From the NCBI GenBank assembly GCA_937873265.1, contig CALMVL010000072.1:2557-66556 (forward strand): a stretch of DNA of 64,000 nucleotides. The letters run 5' to 3'. A program made the translations under genes and the position numbers. This document shows positions 1-9,300 of the stretch, piece after piece (position 1 is the first letter of the stretch; each line of letters opens with the position of its first letter). Source of the DNA: an uncultured Granulicella sp. (lineage in GTDB: Bacteria; Acidobacteriota; Terriglobia; Terriglobales; Acidobacteriaceae). The notes beneath the pieces were generated by a model. The model searched no databases. It saw only the letters and a list, made by a program, of their open reading frames with translations, and had not been told where the DNA came from.

Positions 1-1290
1 GCCGCCGCCGCCGACCTCAACCTTGGGGGTCTGGGTCTGCCAGGCGATGCGGTTCGCGTCGAGCAGGTGGAGGATGCGGGCAGTGAACTCGGAGTTGGGG
101 TCGAAGCCGGCGCCGTAGCGCTTGATGGCGACGCCGTAGCCGACGATGGCGGCGTTGGAGTCTTCGGAGTTTTGGGGGAAGAGGGGGTTGATGCCGTCGT
201 TGGTGTCGGCGGAGAGGACTTCGGCACGGGCGAGGGCATTGCGGAAGGCTAGGGGACTGGCGCCGGGGTGCTGGGCGTCGAGGAGTTGGGTGTAGACAGT
301 GTCGAGGAACTGAGAGCCGGCGCCGGTGTTGTTGGGCGAGCCAACCTCTTCGAAGTTGGTGATGTAGGCGATCGCGGTTTTTTGCGGGGTGCCTTTGAGG
401 TCGAAGATGGCGCGTGCGGCGGTGTAGGAGGAGAGCTTGTCGTCCTGGCCCCAGGATCCAGTGAGACCGCGATCGATGCCGACGTCGGCGGGTTCCGTGG
501 CGGGGACGAGTTCGAGCTCGGCGGAGACGAGGTCCTCGTCATGAATGTTGAATGTCTGGTGGAGGGCGGCTTTGACCTGCTCGGCGACGCTGGACTTGTC
601 GCCGGGGATGGATCCGGCGACGGGATCCATCTCTTCGCCGGCGAGGACCTGGGTGTAGGTGCGGGTGCGCTCGAGTGTGTCGGAGTGGGGGGCGGCGTCG
701 GCGATGACGAAGACGGGGTCGCCGGGAGCGAAGCCGATGCTGACGGGGATATGGCGGCCGTCGACGGTGTCGATACGGCCGACGAGGGCGAGAGGGAGGT
801 TGGACCACTGATACTTTTTCAGGCCGCCGTAGAGGGTGGTTTTGAAGAGGGCGACGGAGCCGGGGGCCTGGATGACAGGGCGGGATTTGAGGTTGATGTG
901 GGGGGAGTCTTCGTGGGCAGCAATAAGGCGGGAGCCGGTGTCGAGGGGATCGGCGCCGATGACGACGAAGGCGACCGCGCGGTCGCGGTTGTTGAGAATG
1001 AGGCGTGCGCCGGGGTGGACCTGGGAGGCGGAGGTGAACGGGGTGAAGCCGCTGGCGCGGGCCAGGATGGAAAGTTCGGCCGCTGAGAGAGCCGCGGACT
1101 TGGCGTGGCGGAGATACGTCTTATAGGGTTCAGCGAACTGCATGACGGCGGAGCGCTGGTCGGGCGAGAGCGTGATCCAGGCGGAGGTTGCAGCGACAGA
1201 GCCGGAGGCGTCGGGCGGGGCGTTCTGGGCGAGAAGGGAGAGTGGACCGGCGATGAGGGCTGCGGTGAGGAGGCGCTTGCTCAAGGGCAT
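1..1290 (-). CDS. M18-family (ApeA-like) metallo-aminopeptidase with N-terminal signal peptide; 3' end runs off the window
   Basis: Absent from the ORF track because it is open-ended; translated by hand from ATG 1290: MPLSKRLLTAALIAGPLSLLAQ...AAHEDSPHINLK...YGGLKKYQWSNLPLAL...DPVFVIADAAPH...GIDRGLTGSWGQDDKLSSY...FEEVGS...KVEVGGG. These match M18 ApeA motifs (H-x-DSP, YGGIKKYQW, GQDDR, EEIGS, GGG). Confidence 0.85.
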   Translation of the reverse strand, partial: MPLSKRLLTAALIAGPLSLLAQNAPPDASGSVAATSAWITLSPDQRSAVMQFAEPYKTYLRHAKSAALSAAELSILARASGFTPFTSASQVHPGARLILNNRDRAVAFVVIGADPLDTGSRLIAAHEDSPHINLKSRPVIQAPGSVALFKTTLYGGLKKYQWSNLPLALVGRIDTVDGRHIPVSIGFAPGDPVFVIADAAPHSDTLERTRTYTQVLAGEEMDPVAGSIPGDKSSVAEQVKAALHQTFNIHDEDLVSAELELVPATEPADVGIDRGLTGSWGQDDKLSSYTAARAIFDLKGTPQKTAIAYITNFEEVGSPNNTGAGSQFLDTVYTQLLDAQHPGASPLAFRNALARAEVLSADTNDGINPLFPQNSEDSNAAIVGYGVAIKRYGAGFDPNSEFTARILHLLDANRIAWQTQTPKVEVGGGG

Positions 1291-1338
1291 GGCGACAGGA
1301 TAGCGCGACGAGGCCGCGGGCGAGGGTTACAGACGAAG

Positions 1339-1372
1339 AGACCGGGCCTGCTACTTTGGGCAGGCCCGGTCT
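1339..1372 (-). terminator. Probable intrinsic terminator after the acidic-protein gene
   Basis: Perfect 13-bp stem AGACCGGGCCTGC / GCAGGCCCGGTCT with an 8-nt loop, 29 nt past the stop at 1401; weak pyrimidine tail on the minus strand. Confidence 0.6.
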
Positions 1373-1400
1373 GGGTGCGGCTGTGGTGGGGGCGCGAAGA

Positions 1401-1850
1401 TCAGGAGCGACGCCGGATGGCTTGGGCGGCTTCGGTGGCGCGACCGCGGATGGACTCCGACGGCTCCATCTTTAGCGTGGCGTCTTCATCGTCCTCGTCT
1501 TCATCTTCGTCATCCTCGTCGTCGTCGTCATCATCCTCTAGGTCATCGTCATCTTCGTCGTCCTCATCTTCGTCGAGGTCGTCGTCTTCGTCGTCCTCAT
1601 CGTCGAGGTCGTCGTCGTCGTCCTCGTCATCTTCGAGGTCGTCATCGTCGTCCTCATCTTCTTCTTCATCGTCGTCGAGGGGTGTTTTGGCGGCGTTGAG
1701 GCCGCCAGCGGCATAAAGGCTTTCGCTGCCGGCGTTCTCCGTTGGGTTGCTGCCGGCGAAGTTTGCGTCGTCTTCGAAGGTCGCGGTCGCGTCGTCGCCT
1801 AGCACCTCGCTGAGCTTCTCGTCATAGTTGGTTTCGGGGATCGCAGCCAT
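1401..1850 (-). CDS. Small, extremely acidic (Asp/Glu-tract) hypothetical protein, 149 aa
   Basis: ATG 1850 preceded by CAGGAG RBS; MAAIPETNYDEKLSEVLGDD...; ~65-residue D/E tract; downstream hairpin. The longer ORF-track start (2372) overlaps the upstream gene and is unlikely. Confidence 0.75.
   Translation of the reverse strand: MAAIPETNYDEKLSEVLGDDATATFEDDANFAGSNPTENAGSESLYAAGGLNAAKTPLDDDEEEDEDDDDDLEDDEDDDDDLDDEDDEDDDLDEDEDDEDDDDLEDDDDDDEDDEDEDEDDEDATLKMEPSESIRGRATEAAQAIRRRS
1505..1680 (-). repeat. Low-complexity degenerate repeat encoding L-(D/E)n units
   Basis: Recurrent GAGGTC(G/A)TC(G/A)TC units on the + strand at ~30-42 nt spacing; encodes LDDDEEEDEDDDDD LEDDEDDDDD LDDEDDEDDD LDEDEDDEDDDD LEDDDDDD... 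Confidence 0.8.
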
Positions 1851-3348
1851 GTGTTTCTCCTGTTCGGTTAGAAGGTAAGGGAATGTCGCGTTTTGCGCTG
1901 TTGGGGTTGGATGCAGGGAGCCGTGACGGGATGGATGAACAGACGAGGAAAAAGGCTGCGGGAATGGAACGGGGTTGGATACGGTGAAGGGTTTGCAGGG
2001 GGCGTGGGGCAGAAGATTGCCGGTACAGGCAAAAGAGATAGAAGGCAGTGAGGGTGAGCAGGACGATCGGCATGGGGCGATAGGCGAACAGGGTGAGGAG
2101 TTTGCCCGGGGGCGTCTGGCCGGTGAGGAGGCGGTCCGCCACGTGGGGGAAGCTGTGTGTGGTGACGGCGACGGCCATGGAGGTGAGGGTGAGGGCAGCG
2201 AGGCCCAGGCGGCGCTGGCTGGCGAGGAGTATGGCAAGGGCAGGGAAGGTGAGCAGGAGGAGACGCGTGTCGTACTGGCGATGGTAGATGGGCAGCAGGG
2301 ACAGGGTGACGATGGCGGCGATGGCGAGGAGGTCGCGCTGTGGGTTGGCGGGGGTGCGCAGGACTGGAGCAAGCCACAGGAAGAAGAGCGCGGCGGAGAT
2401 GGTGAGAGACGCGGAGTTGTAGAAGGAGGGCTGGTCGCGAAGGACGCTGAGGGCGGCTTGAAGCGAGGTGATGTCGTGGGCTTCGTTGTTGGCTGGGCCG
2501 GGATCGGAGGCGTTGCCGTGTGCTGCGATGCCGCGCAGGTTCTGGCGGAGTTCGGTCGGCCAGTGGGCGGAGGCGGAGGAGGTGCTGGCCCAGATCAGGC
2601 CGGGTAAGGAGAGGAGGATGGTGGCGGTCGCGATTTCGAGAGCGCGGCGGCGATAGAGGACGGCGGGCGTGGCGATGGCGGGCCGGACGAGCAGAAAGAA
2701 GAGCCAAAGAAGCGCGCCGAGGTGGGGTTTGAGGGTGAGCGCAAGGGCGAAGGCGAGGACCGCGAGGGCGGGATGGCGGCCGCGGAGGAGGCACCAGGTG
2801 GCAATGCCGAGAAAGCCTATGGCGATGCCGGCAGGTTGCGCGAGCATGAGCAGCATGGTGGAGGTGGAGACGAAGGCGGCGAGCAGAAGGGCAAGGGCGA
2901 GGGTGGTCCAGCGTGAGGGGGGATGTGCCGGGTTCGGTGTGAGGCAGAGGTCGGCGGTGAGGAGGGCGGCCATGGAAAAAAGCGTTGTGCTGAGAGCGAG
3001 CCAGAGGAGGTGGGCGGGGCCGAATGGAAGAAGCGCGAAGGGTGTGACGAGGGCGAGGGCGGAGGGTGGGTAGTTGCTGTTGAAGGGCCGGAAGGGCCGG
3101 AGGTCGGTGGGATCTCCGCCGTGCGCGAGGAACTCGCGTTGGATGGCGGCGGAGTCGTAAGGGTCGCAGCGGTCCAGGAGGCAGCGCGCGGCGCCGTAGA
3201 CGGGTTTGAAGTCGAAGGACTGGAGGGTGGTGGTCTGATCGCGGTAACCGCGAACGGCGAAGAGGAGGCAGCCGAGGAAGACGAGCAGCAGGCCAAGCAA
3301 TCGGGTGCTGCGACGTGCGGGCGGCATGGGGCCTAGTGTCTCAGACAA
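1822..3348 (-). CDS. Polytopic membrane glycosyltransferase, GT87/DUF2029 (GT-C)
   Basis: DFKPVYGAARCL...DPY, NYPPSALALVTPFALLP, LALTLKPHLG, YHRQYD motifs; many TM segments. Confidence 0.75.
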   Translation of the reverse strand: MSETLGPMPPARRSTRLLGLLLVFLGCLLFAVRGYRDQTTTLQSFDFKPVYGAARCLLDRCDPYDSAAIQREFLAHGGDPTDLRPFRPFNSNYPPSALALVTPFALLPFGPAHLLWLALSTTLFSMAALLTADLCLTPNPAHPPSRWTTLALALLLAAFVSTSTMLLMLAQPAGIAIGFLGIATWCLLRGRHPALAVLAFALALTLKPHLGALLWLFFLLVRPAIATPAVLYRRRALEIATATILLSLPGLIWASTSSASAHWPTELRQNLRGIAAHGNASDPGPANNEAHDITSLQAALSVLRDQPSFYNSASLTISAALFFLWLAPVLRTPANPQRDLLAIAAIVTLSLLPIYHRQYDTRLLLLTFPALAILLASQRRLGLAALTLTSMAVAVTTHSFPHVADRLLTGQTPPGKLLTLFAYRPMPIVLLTLTAFYLFCLYRQSSAPRPLQTLHRIQPRSIPAAFFLVCSSIPSRLPASNPNSAKRDIPLPSNRTGETHGCDPRNQL

Positions 3349-3380
3349 GCTTTGCTACCATCACAGAAAAGCAGGACGAC

Positions 3381-4556
3381 ATGGCAGCGGACCAGCGGAG
3401 CGGTACGGTCAAACGGTATGGGGAGCTGGATGCGCTGCGAGGTGTGGCGGCGGTGGTGGTAATGCTGTACCACTTCTTCCGGCTGTGGGCCGGGACGGCG
3501 CATGCGCGGTGGGTGGAGCGGTTGTTTACGGCCACACCGCTGCGTCTGCTGGTTTCGGGTCGGGCGGCGGTGGTGCTGTTTTTTGTGTTGAGCGGGTTTG
3601 TGCTGTCGCTGCCGCGGTTGGAGGGGGTGGAGCGGGGATACGGGCGTTACCTGGCCAAGCGGGTGTGCCGGATCTACCTGCCTTATCTGTTTGCCCTGGG
3701 GCTGGCTGTGCTGGGGTGTTGGCGGTGGCATGGCGCGACGGAGTTCGGTGGGTGGTTTGCGCTGACGTGGTACGAAGCTCCGCGGCGGGCGCTGGTGCTG
3801 GCGCACGTGCTCTTTTTGGGCAACTACGACGATGCGGCGTACAACACGGCATTTTGGTCGCTGGTGCAGGAGATGCGGATTTCGCTGGTCTTTCCCCTGC
3901 TGTTCTGGGCGGTGATGCGGATGAGGGTGAGGTGGGCGCTTTGGGTGCCGCCCGTGCTGACGGTGATCACCGGCGTGACTCTGGCAAGGACGGATCTGCC
4001 GGAACAGGTGGTGTGGACGGCAAACTACGCGGGGGCATTTACCTATGGGGTGCTGCTGGCTGGACACAGGGACAAGCTGGAGCGCTGGCTGGGGAGGCTG
4101 GGACGGGCGGGATACGCGGGGTTTGCGGCGGCGGCGCTGCTGCTGTTCATGGCGCCAGATCGGGCGAGCCGGGTGATGCTGGGCCTGGGGCCGCCGGCGG
4201 TGGATCTGGTGATGATGTGGGGCGCTGCTGGGGTCCTGCTGCTGGCCCTGTCGCATCAGCATGTTCTGCGGGTGCTGCGAGGACGGTTGCTGCAGGTGCT
4301 TGGGCGGATGTCGTACAGCGTGTATCTGTTGCATGGGACGGTGCTGTTTGCGCTGGTGTACGCGTTTGCGCCGCGGTACGGAGTGACGGTGCTGTTGGGG
4401 CCGTACCTGGTGCTGACGTTGCTGGGCGGGTGGGCGATGTTCTGGGTGGTGGAGCGGCCGGCGATGCTGCTGGGGCGGCGGCTAGCGCGGAGCAGGGAAC
4501 CGCAACTGACTTCCGGCGTGGTGGAGAGCGCTTCGGGGGCGAAGAGCCGGGCTTGA
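3381..4556 (+). CDS. Acyltransferase-3 (OafA-like O-acetyltransferase)
   Basis: ELDALRGVAAVVVMLYH, AVVLFFVLSGFVL, KRVCRIYLPY, FWSLVQE, LGRMSYSVYLLH, VERP; AGGA RBS before ATG 3381. Confidence 0.9.
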   Translation: MAADQRSGTVKRYGELDALRGVAAVVVMLYHFFRLWAGTAHARWVERLFTATPLRLLVSGRAAVVLFFVLSGFVLSLPRLEGVERGYGRYLAKRVCRIYLPYLFALGLAVLGCWRWHGATEFGGWFALTWYEAPRRALVLAHVLFLGNYDDAAYNTAFWSLVQEMRISLVFPLLFWAVMRMRVRWALWVPPVLTVITGVTLARTDLPEQVVWTANYAGAFTYGVLLAGHRDKLERWLGRLGRAGYAGFAAAALLLFMAPDRASRVMLGLGPPAVDLVMMWGAAGVLLLALSHQHVLRVLRGRLLQVLGRMSYSVYLLHGTVLFALVYAFAPRYGVTVLLGPYLVLTLLGGWAMFWVVERPAMLLGRRLARSREPQLTSGVVESASGAKSRA

Positions 4557-4623
4557 CGGCGGGCCGGTGCGAGCCGGATCGCATCTTTCCGGGGCTGGCG
4601 GCTGAATCAGGGCATGAGCTGAA

Positions 4624-4646
4624 GAGGCCGGGGCGAAGCCGGCCTC
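4624..4646. terminator. Hairpin between convergent genes; possible bidirectional terminator
   Basis: GAGGCCGG-N7-CCGGCCTC between the acyltransferase and GH3 stops; no clear U-tract. Confidence 0.4.
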
Positions 4647-4705
4647 ACTCAGAAGAATGCGGGTCTTGAGGCAGAGAGAAACACGCGAGCGGTTCCGATC
4701 CGGTG

Positions 4706-6919
4706 CTAGTGGAGTTGTGCGGTTGCCTTGAGCGGGAGATCGCGGGAGGAGGAGCCGACGGAGACGGTGTAGTCGCCGGGGAGCCAGGTCCAGCTGTGCT
4801 GCGGATCGCTCCAAGTGGCATAGGCGAGGTGCTCGAGTGGAATGGTGACCTGCTTGTGCTCGCCGGGGGCGAGCGGGACGCGCTGCCATCCGGCGAGGCG
4901 GCGGAAGTGCTCGTTGCTGGGCGAAGGGAGTTGGATGTAGGCTTCGGTGATTTCGGTTCCGGGGCGACTGCCAGTGTTTGTAACGGTAACGGTTACGGAA
5001 TGATCGGCTGCGTTCACGGCCAAGTCGGAGTAGGTGTAGGTGGTGTAAGAGAGGCCGTAGCCGAAGGGGAAGAGGGGCGCCTTGTTTTCCGAGTCGAACC
5101 ATTTGTAACCGAAACGGACGCCTTCTGTGTATTCGGCGGGGAAGGTGGACTTCTTTTCTTCGTTGACCCAGTGCTCGGGGAGGCCGCCGTTTTTGGCGGC
5201 ATAGGTAAGGCCGAAGATCTTGTCGTGCGGCAGATCGGCTTCGGATTTGGCGAAGGTGATGGGGAGCTTTGCGCTGGGATTGACGGTTCCGAAGAGGAGG
5301 TTGGCGATGGCCTGACCGCCGGCAATGCCGGGATACCAGGCTTCGAGAACGCCGGAGACCTGGTCGATCCAGGGCATGGAGACCGGATTTCCGGTGATGA
5401 GGACGACGACGGTGCGGGGGTTGGCCTGGGCGACGGACTGGATCAGGGCGTCCTGATTGTCGGGAAGGGCGAGGGTGGGCGCATCGCCGCCTTCGCTCAT
5501 GTATTGGTCGGCGAAGACGATGGCGACGTCGGCGGATTTTGCGATGGATGCGGCTGCGGCGGGGTCGGTGCCGGGGTTGAAGCTGACCTGCGCGTTGGGG
5601 GCGTGTTCGCGGATGTAGCGGAGCGGCGCGGAGGGGAAGTAGACGGGTTCGCCCCAGTGGGTGCCGCGGCCGGGATGGATGGCATTGCCGCCGGGGGCAT
5701 CGACCTGGGCGGAGCCGCCGCCGGACATGATGCCGACGTCCGCGTGGGCGCCGATGACAGCGATGGAGTGGATGGCCGCGGGGTCGAGGGGAAGGACGTT
5801 GTGCTGATTGCGAAGGAGAACGATGGACTCTTCGGCGATGTGCTGGGCGTCGTCGCGGCCGCGAAAGGGATCGACCACCGTGCGCGGGGTGGACGGGTGA
5901 TCGACGACGCCGGCGGCGAACATGGAGCGGAGGAGACGGTGGACCATGTCGTCTAGGCGAGCCTGCGGAACTTTGCCGGACTGGACGGCGTCTTCGAGCG
6001 GCTTGCCGAAAAATTCATCGCCGGGCATCTGCATGTCGAGGCCGGCGAGGGCGGCTTTGACGGTGGTGTGGGTGGCTTCCCAGTCGGAGACGACGAAGCC
6101 GGGGTATTTCCACTCGTCTTTGAGGACTTGATTGAGGAGCCAGTCGTTTTCGCAGGCCCAGTCACCGTTGACCTTGTTGTAGGAGCACATGACGGAGGCG
6201 GGGTGGCCGATGCGGATGCCGATCTCGAAGGCGAGGAGGTCGCTTTCGTGGGCGGCCTTGTGGTCGATGATGGCATTAACGACGGTGCGGCCGGTTTCCT
6301 GATCGTTCATGGCGAAGTGCTTGATGTCGCCCATGACCTGGTTTTGCTGAACACCCATGATGAGGTGGCCGACGGTGGTTCCTGCGAGGACGGGGTCTTC
6401 TCCGGGATATTCAAAGAGGCGGCCGTTGCGCGGGTCGCGGGCGAGATCGACGCCACCGCCGATCGACTGGTTGTAGCCCTGGGCGCGGAGCTCGCGGCCG
6501 ATGACATCGCCATAAAGGTGGGCGGCGGCGGGATCCCAGGAGGCTGCGGCCCCGAGAACAGAGGGGAGCAGCGTAGCGTAGCGAGACTCGGGAGCGGCCA
6601 TGCGGATGCCGACGGCGGAGTCTGCCTGCTGGAGGGAGGGGATGCCGAGGCGCGGGATGCCGGGCACCTGGCCGGCGCCGCCGTTGTTGTCCGTGGGAAC
6701 AGGGGCGCCGTCGCGGAGCGGCCCCCAGCCAATGCCATGGACCAGCTGGATCTTCTCAGCGAGGGTGAGTTCTTTAAGGACGAGGTCGGCGCGCTGGTCG
6801 GGCGAAAGGGAGGTGTCGGCCCAGGGATGGCCGGCGAGGGGGTTCGAAGCGGGGTGGTGCTGAGCCAGGAGGGGAACGGAAAGGAGGGTGAGAGCGAGGA
6901 GGGTGCGACGCAAGGGCAT
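4706..6919 (-). CDS. Secreted glycoside hydrolase family 3 beta-glucosidase/xylosidase with C-terminal Fn3-like domain
   Basis: Signal peptide; RDPRNGRLFEYPGEDP, IKHF, VMCSYNKVNG, nucleophile motif GFVVSDW, EGGD, YTEGVRFGYKWFD, PFGYGLSYT. Confidence 0.93.
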   Translation of the reverse strand: MPLRRTLLALTLLSVPLLAQHHPASNPLAGHPWADTSLSPDQRADLVLKELTLAEKIQLVHGIGWGPLRDGAPVPTDNNGGAGQVPGIPRLGIPSLQQADSAVGIRMAAPESRYATLLPSVLGAAASWDPAAAHLYGDVIGRELRAQGYNQSIGGGVDLARDPRNGRLFEYPGEDPVLAGTTVGHLIMGVQQNQVMGDIKHFAMNDQETGRTVVNAIIDHKAAHESDLLAFEIGIRIGHPASVMCSYNKVNGDWACENDWLLNQVLKDEWKYPGFVVSDWEATHTTVKAALAGLDMQMPGDEFFGKPLEDAVQSGKVPQARLDDMVHRLLRSMFAAGVVDHPSTPRTVVDPFRGRDDAQHIAEESIVLLRNQHNVLPLDPAAIHSIAVIGAHADVGIMSGGGSAQVDAPGGNAIHPGRGTHWGEPVYFPSAPLRYIREHAPNAQVSFNPGTDPAAAASIAKSADVAIVFADQYMSEGGDAPTLALPDNQDALIQSVAQANPRTVVVLITGNPVSMPWIDQVSGVLEAWYPGIAGGQAIANLLFGTVNPSAKLPITFAKSEADLPHDKIFGLTYAAKNGGLPEHWVNEEKKSTFPAEYTEGVRFGYKWFDSENKAPLFPFGYGLSYTTYTYSDLAVNAADHSVTVTVTNTGSRPGTEITEAYIQLPSPSNEHFRRLAGWQRVPLAPGEHKQVTIPLEHLAYATWSDPQHSWTWLPGDYTVSVGSSSRDLPLKATAQLH

Positions 6920-7134
6920 GAGGGTTGGGGCTCCGGTGATGGCTGACGTGTTCGCGCAAGGATAGCGGATGGTAAGCAGGGCTGGCTACGGAGGCGCGGG
7001 GCGGCAGGTTGCGTTACACGGCGGCGGATCGGATGAGTTTGGAGCTTTGCAGGTGGCTCGCTAGGTCCACGACCAAGGACGTGGTAGAAACGCCGAGAGA
7101 TGTGCTTCGGGGTAGACGAGACATGAGGGGCATT

Positions 7135-8124
7135 TCAGGCAGGCATTTCCGACCGGGCGCCGAGGCGCATCAGCTCGCCCTCGTCCAACACGCGCACCCG
7201 ATCTGCGACGCCCAGCCGGCGAGCCTCGGCCAGCAGGCGAACGGGGGGCTCTTCCATTGGCTCGCGACCCAGCCGAAAGGTCCCGAAGTGCATAGGCGCC
7301 ATCCACTCCGCGCCGGTTTCGAGGAACGCTCGCAGGGCCTCCTCAGGGGAGGTGTGCACGGCGCGGTAGCTGTCCGGGAAGTAGGCGCCGATGGGCAACA
7401 GGGCCACTTCGGGGTGCAACCGCCGGCCGACCTCGCGGAAGCCATCGAAGTATGCGGTGTCGCCGGAGTGGTAGACGCTGTGGCCGCCGGCTGCGATGAC
7501 ATAGCCGCCGAAGCCGCGATGGGTGTCGCTAAACATGCGGGCTCCCCAGTGCCTGGCCGGGGTCATGGTGATCCGAAGCTCCTGGACGGTGCGCTGGTCC
7601 CACCACTCCATCGCGTGAACCCGCGCGAAGCCAAGCCGCTCAACCAGATCCTGAACGCCCCAGGGAACGACTACCTCCGGAGCTCGTCCGGTCAATCGTT
7701 TCGACCGGCGGATGACGCGGCGCAGGCTGGCGATATTCAGGTGGTCCATGTGGGCGTGCGAGAGAAGGACAACGTCCACCGCCGGGAGTTCGGCGAGGGC
7801 GAGCCCCGGATGCCGCTGCCGCCGCATGACGATCAGGCGCTTGGAAAAGACCGGGTCCACAAGGACTCGCTTTCCGCCGATCTGCAGGAGAAACGAGGAG
7901 TGTCCGATGAAGGTGATCCCGAGTTCTTCCGCGCCAACGCCCTGAAACGGTCGGGATCGACCTGCCATGGGCTGCTCGTGACTTTCCCGCACCAGCCGCC
8001 ACATCTGCCTCAGCTTTGTCCACCGCCATCCGGCCATCCGCTTCGATCTCCCATCAGATTGGATGTTCCTTTGCTCCCGGCCGACTCCATCTCCATGAAC
8101 CAGCCGGAGGTCCGTGGCGCGCAT
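7135..8124 (-). CDS. MBL-fold metallo-hydrolase (RomA/NAPE-PLD-like); start uncertain (8124 or 8037)
   Basis: FIGHSSFLLQ, VLVDPVFS, SHAHMDH, PARHWGAR, YHSGDTAY, LPIGAY, PMHFGTF. Confidence 0.85.
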   Translation of the reverse strand: MRATDLRLVHGDGVGREQRNIQSDGRSKRMAGWRWTKLRQMWRLVRESHEQPMAGRSRPFQGVGAEELGITFIGHSSFLLQIGGKRVLVDPVFSKRLIVMRRQRHPGLALAELPAVDVVLLSHAHMDHLNIASLRRVIRRSKRLTGRAPEVVVPWGVQDLVERLGFARVHAMEWWDQRTVQELRITMTPARHWGARMFSDTHRGFGGYVIAAGGHSVYHSGDTAYFDGFREVGRRLHPEVALLPIGAYFPDSYRAVHTSPEEALRAFLETGAEWMAPMHFGTFRLGREPMEEPPVRLLAEARRLGVADRVRVLDEGELMRLGARSEMPA

Positions 8125-8186
8125 CTGTCTAGAGTGAGGCACACGCGCTAAAGCGGAGACGTTGTTCCCCTGCAAGGAGACGCTTG

Positions 8187-9287
8187 ATGGAACCAACCAG
8201 GACCGAGGGGACGACCAAGCCGGGACAGGGTTCGGCGCCTGACAGCCAGCACGGCGCGAATGATCTTCGGGCGGCTCACGCCGACCCGGCACGGCAGCGC
8301 ATCTGGGAGCACGTTTCACACTCGCCGTTGCACAATTTGTGGGACTTCCAGGGCATCTCGCCCGGGATCATCTTCCGACGCACGTTTACGAGCTTCAACG
8401 AAGACAACCTGCTCTCCCGGGCCGCGGAGCTGGGCTACTACTTCCTTTTTGCTCTTTTCCCGACCCTGGTCAGCGCTTCGTCTATCCTGGGGCTTGCCGC
8501 GAAACGGGCTTCGAGCATCTACGTTCACCTGCTGGACTATCTCGCTCTGGTGATCCCGCCCTCGGCCTTCAGTATCGTCGTGGATACGTTCAACCAGACG
8601 ACGGCGGCTTCGAGCGGTGGAAAGATCACGCTTGGCCTGGCTGCCGCGCTTTGGTCGGCCTCGGTCGGCTTTGCGGCCATCCAGGACACGATGAACACGG
8701 TCTACAAGGTGAAGGAGACGCGGCCATACTGGCAGGCGCGCGGATCGGCCATTCTGGTGACCGTTCTGCTTTCGGTGATGGTTACGTCCATTCTGGGTTT
8801 TCTGTTCGGGGGAGACTTCACGGCGCACTACTTCAAGCGCGTCCTCGCGCCGCACTCCGTCGCCGTTGCCGCGGCTGTGATGATCCGGATCGCGACCTGG
8901 GTCGTGTCCACGGCGATGCTGATGCTTCTGTTCAGCACCATTTACTTCTTTGCCCCGGACGTGCGGAATAAGCGGTGGCACTGGCTTACGCCAGGGGCTG
9001 CGGTCGGCATTCTTGGCTGGCTTGTCGCCTCCATCGCGCTTCGGATCTATCTGCATTACTTCGACAATTATTCCGTCACCTATGGATCTCTCGGCGCGGT
9101 CATCATCCTGTTGACGTGGTTTTACATTACGGGGTTGATGTTGCTGACCGGGGCGGAAGTGAATTCGGAGATCTCAGCGGCGGTGATCGAGAAGCAGCTG
9201 AAAGAACGTGGCGAACTGCCGAGTTCGGCCAGCGCCGACCTGGAGCACCCTGCGGGAGGGAACGTCGGGAAGCCGAGTGCTGCTTAG
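8187..9287 (+). CDS. YihY/virulence factor BrkB family membrane protein
   Basis: RAAELGYYFLFALFP, ALWSASVG, PGAAVG, YSVTYGSLGAVIILLTWFY; AAGGAG RBS. Confidence 0.9.
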   Translation: MEPTRTEGTTKPGQGSAPDSQHGANDLRAAHADPARQRIWEHVSHSPLHNLWDFQGISPGIIFRRTFTSFNEDNLLSRAAELGYYFLFALFPTLVSASSILGLAAKRASSIYVHLLDYLALVIPPSAFSIVVDTFNQTTAASSGGKITLGLAAALWSASVGFAAIQDTMNTVYKVKETRPYWQARGSAILVTVLLSVMVTSILGFLFGGDFTAHYFKRVLAPHSVAVAAAVMIRIATWVVSTAMLMLLFSTIYFFAPDVRNKRWHWLTPGAAVGILGWLVASIALRIYLHYFDNYSVTYGSLGAVIILLTWFYITGLMLLTGAEVNSEISAAVIEKQLKERGELPSSASADLEHPAGGNVGKPSAA

Positions 9288-9300
9288 TGCGGGCCTCTTC

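Noticed and set aside
268-1086. 272-aa + strand ORF, and similar long antisense ORFs (4703-5956, 6068-6946, 17550-19103, 32740-33807, 39464-40879)
   Set aside because: Shadow frames of well-supported genes on the opposite strand, as expected in high-GC DNA.
1505-1680. Possible CRISPR array or non-coding tandem repeat
   Set aside because: No identical repeats with unique spacers; it is degenerate in-frame coding sequence, and no cas genes are present.
1105-1716. Poly-Ser ORF on the + strand
   Set aside because: Antisense reading of the Asp/Glu codons; the RBS and hairpin support the minus-strand gene.
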